NCBI GenBank assembly: GCA_964346405.1
Contig: CAYFVL010000003.1
Span: 1-53,935 of the forward strand
Length of the DNA: 53,935 bases
DNA from: an uncultured Fibrobacterota bacterium
GTDB lineage: Bacteria; Fibrobacterota; Chitinivibrionia; Chitinivibrionales; CAYFVL01
Reading direction: 5' to 3'
Each line of letters starts with the position of its first letter. Position 1 is the stretch's first letter. The notes beneath the pieces are model-generated. The model did no database searches and had not been told where the DNA came from. It worked only from the letters and a program-made list of their open reading frames with translations. Positions 49,502 to 53,935 of this stretch are shown here, piece by piece. A program made the translations under genes and the position numbers.

Positions 49502-51145
49502 CTATTCCTCGTTCTGAACTCGGCGACCCGTGGCCTGTGCATCTGTATCTGAAGACCGAACTCTCCGAATGGCGTACAAGAAAGCCGACAACACAATCAG
49601 CAAAATCGATGCATACACAGGCCAGTCACCTAACCGATTATAGGGACCGGGAAGCACCGTTCGGGAAACAGTACGATTTCGAATCGTACGCGTATACAAC
49701 GGGGTTTCGTCGTATGTTCTCCCGTATTGATCGGCAAACATACTTATTCCCGTATTGGCCGACCTGGCCATTGACACACCATTTTCGATACACCGCATTG
49801 TTGCCATTGCGGCATGGTGATACGGAGCAGTCGATCTGCCGAACCAGCCATCGTTGGTAACATTTACCAGAAGATTAGCCCCCCGCCGCACCCGTTGCCG
49901 AACAAGGCCGGGGAAAATCATTTCATAGCAGATGAATGGAGCAACTTTGAGCATTTCATTAATAGAAAAGACGGTGTGCTTTCTGCCTTTGGCAAAATTA
50001 GCGCTGCCGAGATTGAGACGACTGAGAATTGGAAACACACCGCTGAACGGCATGTATTCGCTTCCGGGTACCAATCGCATTTTGAAATACTTTCCAAATT
50101 CGCTTGAATCGGGACGAACCAGAAACGAAGTATTATACACCCGATACTTTCCCCAGGTGGTGTCTTCACTCCGTTCCCAGTGTAATGAACCGAGGATTAT
50201 GGGCACTCCAGCCGAATCGGCCCATCCTTGCACCTCTTGTCGAACGCTTAGTTTTCTCGCAAGATACGCAAATACCGCACTTTCGGGCAGAACGATCAAA
50301 TCGGGAGAGAACTCGGCGGCCTCGATAATGAGAGATTTGTCGATCGCCAGCGCACTATCCAGGATGCTCGCCCCCCATCGGTTCGGGTCAAAATTGGGCT
50401 GCACCACCGAAACCCTTGACTGGGAATCCTGTTCGGGTATCGGATTCTGCAACCGAGCCCATCCCCATATACCGAACCCGAGCAGAAACACTCCCAAAAC
50501 CGCCACATGAATCCACTTCTGTGTTATATCATGATCTTGCACATAACTCTGAATAAGTTCCAGGAAGAGCATATTTCCCAAAACGATAAGGTAAGAAATC
50601 CCAAAAACTCCCCAGATCCAGGCGGTTTGTGCCAGTGGCAAAATCGGAGTCATGGAATAGCCAAGATGAGCCCATGGGAAGGCGATATCGCTAAACCCCC
50701 GAAGGTACTCGGCCGTGATCCATACGGCGGGAAAGACGAGGATATACATTCGCGGCAGGATTCTGCGAGTGAGTCGAAACAGAAGACCCAGTACTAAATA
50801 GTAGGCTCCGAATACCGCCACCGTTATTCCCAGGCCGATCATGATCATGTGCCAGAGCCCTTCGGCAACAACATTGGAAATCCAGTAGTACTGAGAAAGC
50901 GCGGCCGCAATGCCGAACAGATACAGACGCCCGACGGCCCGTTTCAGGGGCTGTTCCAGGGCGATAACGCACAACGGAATCACAACAAAAAACGAAAGGA
51001 ACGGAAACGGGAACAACAAAGGGTGAGTCCGGTGGTTGAACGGGGGAAGAGACAGGGCAAAAAGTAGCCCAAGCACGGGAACCGGCCACCATGGTCGTTT
51101 TTTCGTATACCAGGTATACAGGTCTCGGATTGTCTTTTTCAACAT
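49502..51145 (-). CDS. lnt: Apolipoprotein N-acyltransferase
   Basis: TM domain, FPW..LGY, VQPN, PES, YN, K.RLVPG.E, ICYE, N.TNDGWFG and RSANTGIS. The start is inferred at 51145; the ORF extends to 51289. Confidence 0.95.
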   Translation of the reverse strand: MLKKTIRDLYTWYTKKRPWWPVPVLGLLFALSLPPFNHRTHPLLFPFPFLSFFVVIPLCVIALEQPLKRAVGRLYLFGIAAALSQYYWISNVVAEGLWHMIMIGLGITVAVFGAYYLVLGLLFRLTRRILPRMYILVFPAVWITAEYLRGFSDIAFPWAHLGYSMTPILPLAQTAWIWGVFGISYLIVLGNMLFLELIQSYVQDHDITQKWIHVAVLGVFLLGFGIWGWARLQNPIPEQDSQSRVSVVQPNFDPNRWGASILDSALAIDKSLIIEAAEFSPDLIVLPESAVFAYLARKLSVRQEVQGWADSAGVPIILGSLHWERSEDTTWGKYRVYNTSFLVRPDSSEFGKYFKMRLVPGSEYMPFSGVFPILSRLNLGSANFAKGRKHTVFSINEMLKVAPFICYEMIFPGLVRQRVRRGANLLVNVTNDGWFGRSTAPYHHAAMATMRCIENGVSMARSANTGISMFADQYGRTYDETPLYTRTIRNRTVSRTVLPGPYNRLGDWPVYASILLIVLSAFLYAIRRVRSSDTDAQATGRRVQNEE

Positions 51146-51477
51146 GTAACGGGTATCCTGTTTGAATTCATGTACAGAGGCAAAAAATACGCTGGGCGCG
51201 CGATGGTTGGTAAAAAGGAAAAGGGTATTGCCCAAATTCATAAAATCTCTCTGCCGTTCCCCGGCCGGTGGAGTCGGCCGGGAATGCATGATACCGGCTT
51301 CTCGGCCGACGGGATTGAATACTGCTTATTACGATCCGAGGAGTGGTAACAGTCGCGGGCAGGCGAGTTTCACACCTGCTTTGAGTGCGGAGACTTAGTG
51401 CGGTGCGAAGCTCCCAAACCTACCGTATGCGGCATACGGACGCCAAACCAGGATCGATGCCATTCCGGACAAAGTTA

Positions 51478-51650
51478 GCCCAGATTTCGCAGTCGAGAGC
51501 CCAGCATTATGCGTAAGATGTTGTGCGAGATTGACTTAGAAAAAGCGCAGGGGTATCCGGGGAGATACCTTGAGCGTTTTTCTACAATGAATCGCGCGCC
51601 GGCTTGCGTCCCGCCCGGCGGGACCGTGAGTTGATTACGAAACCTGGGTC
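51478..51650. mobile_element. MITE-like element, family B (longer internal hairpin)
   Basis: GCCCAGATTTCGCAGTC...GATTACGAAACCTGGGTC. Both arms are homologous to 42116-42255. Internal hairpin TAGAAAAAGCGCAGGGGTATC / GATACCTTGAGCGTTTTTCTA. Confidence 0.7.
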
Positions 51651-51869
51651 AGGAATCGTTACGAATTAACGACTCCCTGATCAAGCTGCCCACGCCACTC
51701 AACCCGAGTGATATATTTTGGCTATTCGACAAGATCTGTGGGCGGTTTTTGTAGCGATTCCTAAGCAGCCGGAATCGGTGTCGGGATCGGAATCGATTTG
51801 CTTGCGGATATCCAAAGGCTCGAGTCCGAGTCCGAATTGCGAATCCGAATCCGATTTCCCTTTAGATAT

Positions 51870-53888
51870 ATGACCCAACTAACAAAAGGGCTGAATGCCA
51901 GTCAAAAAAAAGCCGTTCTTCACAACGACGGGCCCCTTCTGGTGCTCGCAGGGGCGGGAAGCGGCAAGACACGGGTTCTCACTCATAGAATCGCCCGCCT
52001 CGTTGCCGAAAAACGATGTCGTCCCTCGGAAATTCTTGCGGTGACTTTCACCAATAAAGCTGCCCGTGAGATGCAGGAGCGTATTGCGAAACTGGTCTCG
52101 AAGAAGGCAGCCGAGGAGATGACGATTGCAACGTTTCACAGCTTTGGCGCCAGGATTCTCCGCGAGTACGGGGAGCATATCGGTCTCCACAAGAACTTTT
52201 CGATCATTGACGACACCCAGCGCAAGAGTACTCTTCGAGAGATCATGCGGTCTTCACGTGGAGGCGGCAAGCAGAGCAAGACTGAAAACGACGAATTCGC
52301 CGTGAGAATCAGTCTCGCGAAAAATGCATCTCTCGACCCTGAAAGTTTCGCAAAGGAAAACCCTTCGGACAGAAAACTGAATCGAATTTACAAGGCATAC
52401 CATACCCGTCTTCTAAAAACCCAGTCCGTCGATTTTGATGATCTGCTCCTTCTGCCCCTTCGCCTGTTCCAGAATCACCCCGCTGTGCTTGACGATTGTC
52501 GGAACAAGTATCAATATGTCTCTATCGATGAGTTCCAGGATACGAACGGGGTTCAGATGAAGCTTGCGAAGTTCCTCTCGGCCACGCATCGGAATATTAT
52601 GGTGGTAGGTGACGACGATCAGGGGATTTATTCATGGCGCGGAGCGGAAATAGAGAACATCATTTCATTTCCCAGACGATTCAAAGGGTGTACGACGATC
52701 ATTCTTGATGTAAACTACCGCAGCACTCAGCAGATTCTCGAAGCGGCTCACGCGGTGGTATCCCGAAACCAGAAACGTCGGAAAAAGCAGATCAGAGCCG
52801 CCGCGGGAGAAGGAGAACAGATCCTCACCTATCGCGCAGACGACGAGATCGAAGAGGCCGAATGGATCGCCCGTGCCATACAGGAGAATGTTCGGCGGGA
52901 GATCTCCGGGTACAATGGTCACGCACTCCTGTTTCGTACCAATGTCATGATGCGTCGGTTCGAAGAAGAGCTTCGACGGCAACAGATTCCGTATCAGGTA
53001 ATCGGGGCTACCAGTTTTTTTGAACGGCGGGAGATCAAGGATGTCTTCGCCTATCTCAGATTCTTCTCCAACAAGCAGGATGAATTGAGTCTGATGCGAG
53101 TCCTGAAAGTACCCAACAAAGGGGTAACGCCCACGATCATCGAGAAACTGGAGGACCTTGCGGGGCTTCGCCGCATGTCGCTCTACGATGCCATGGAACG
53201 TCATACTTCAATCGAGAGAATGAGCGACCTTCAGCGTGCCGCGGTCGCCGATTTCGTTGCATTTGTTCACAAGTATGATGTCGGCTTCCAGAAGGGCGAA
53301 CTCTCGACAACTCTTCGGACAATGCTTTCCGAATGCGGCTACCTCGAGCACCTCCGCCGTGCATCAAAAGAGGATGACAAACCGGAAGCTCGCCTCGAAA
53401 ATGTAGAGGAGATCATTCGCGGTCTCGAGATATACGAGAAGCGAAAGAAATCAAAAGCTTCTCTGGCAGGCTATGTGCAGGAGTTGTCTCTGACACTAGG
53501 CGACAATGGTCGGGAGGACGCAAATTCTCGACGGGGTGTTGCCCTGATGACGCTTCATAAATCAAAGGGTCTCGAATTCCCGATTGTTTTCATGTGTAAC
53601 CTCGATGACGCAGCCATTCCGTCTCCCAAGGCCATTGTCGAAGGGGGTATAGAAGAGGAACGCCGATTGTTTTACGTAGGTATGACGCGGGCCCAGCGAC
53701 GGCTCTATCTCACCTGGCCGAAAACGAAAGTGGTTCGCAAACGCACTGTCGAAGTGGCTCACTGCCGGTTTCTCAATGAGATCCCGGTGGAATTTCTCGA
53801 TGCCGCAATCGGAGAAAAGGAAGATAAGGAGCTTGAGGAGTTCTCGGCGGGCTTTTTCGACCAGATGCGGAAGAAATTCGGGGATTAG
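51870..53888 (+). CDS. UvrD/Rep/PcrA family ATP-dependent DNA helicase
   Basis: Motifs LN..Q..AV, AGAGSGKT, TFTNKAA, DEFQDTN, VGDDDQ.IY.WRGA, NYRS, TLHKSKGLEF and EERRLFYVGMTRA. Confidence 0.97.
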   Translation: MTQLTKGLNASQKKAVLHNDGPLLVLAGAGSGKTRVLTHRIARLVAEKRCRPSEILAVTFTNKAAREMQERIAKLVSKKAAEEMTIATFHSFGARILREYGEHIGLHKNFSIIDDTQRKSTLREIMRSSRGGGKQSKTENDEFAVRISLAKNASLDPESFAKENPSDRKLNRIYKAYHTRLLKTQSVDFDDLLLLPLRLFQNHPAVLDDCRNKYQYVSIDEFQDTNGVQMKLAKFLSATHRNIMVVGDDDQGIYSWRGAEIENIISFPRRFKGCTTIILDVNYRSTQQILEAAHAVVSRNQKRRKKQIRAAAGEGEQILTYRADDEIEEAEWIARAIQENVRREISGYNGHALLFRTNVMMRRFEEELRRQQIPYQVIGATSFFERREIKDVFAYLRFFSNKQDELSLMRVLKVPNKGVTPTIIEKLEDLAGLRRMSLYDAMERHTSIERMSDLQRAAVADFVAFVHKYDVGFQKGELSTTLRTMLSECGYLEHLRRASKEDDKPEARLENVEEIIRGLEIYEKRKKSKASLAGYVQELSLTLGDNGREDANSRRGVALMTLHKSKGLEFPIVFMCNLDDAAIPSPKAIVEGGIEEERRLFYVGMTRAQRRLYLTWPKTKVVRKRTVEVAHCRFLNEIPVEFLDAAIGEKEDKELEEFSAGFFDQMRKKFGD

Positions 53889-53900
53889 CCGAGAAGGTTC

Positions 53901-53935
53901 GGGTTAACGGGTTAACGGGTTAACGGGTTAACGGG
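53901..53935 (+). repeat. Tandem octamer repeat (GGGTTAAC)n running off the window end
   Basis: Four perfect units plus GGG, starting 12 nt after the helicase stop. Confidence 0.95.

Noticed and set aside
49111-49860. 249-aa ORF overlapping flgM and lnt, and other antisense/shadow ORFs in the track
   Set aside because: They overlap well-supported genes in another frame or strand and lack recognisable motifs.
51391-51475. c-di-GMP-I riboswitch
   Set aside because: The CAAACC...GGACGC resemblance is superficial. The GNRA tetraloop stem and second stem are missing, and the region abuts MITE-like repeats.
1-53935. CRISPR array, tRNA/rRNA genes, transposases and PEP-CTERM/exosortase genes
   Set aside because: No regularly spaced repeats, cloverleaf or rRNA signatures, transposase ORFs, PEP-CTERM tails or exosortase were recognised by eye.

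Overview
Bacterial genomic window. The lineage is probably Fibrobacterota/Chitinivibrionia-like; this is an inference from the T9SS-like C-terminal domains, the secreted-protein modules and flgM. It has three blocks. (1) About 3.9-28.7 kb is a Wzx/Wzy-dependent exopolysaccharide locus: WcaJ-type initiator, Wza, GumC/Wzz, a degenerate BY-kinase, Wzy, Wzx and GT2/GT4/GT26 enzymes. It carries an unusually rich set of tailoring genes: carbamoyltransferase + SxtJ + DUF5989 + SGNH, sulfotransferase, GNAT, a deacetylase-like protein, B12- and SPASM-type radical SAMs and a GH10-like hydrolase. A secreted beta-helix gene is duplicated at its left edge. (2) About 29-42 kb holds secreted multi-domain proteins and decayed genes. 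(3) About 42-54 kb holds housekeeping genes (sua5, AKR, CDF, DUF116, NifU, flgM, lnt, UvrD/Rep) interspersed with two families of MITE-like repeats. The best novel candidate is a 49-aa membrane peptide missed by the ORF track (21546-21695). It ends in FIYTIF, matching the tyrosine acyl-shuttle motif of DltX and AlgI-type MBOATs, but it is paired with a carbamoyltransferase, SxtJ and an SGNH protein instead of an MBOAT. This suggests a trans-membrane carbamoyl relay for polysaccharide modification. No rRNA, tRNA, CRISPR array or transposase was seen.
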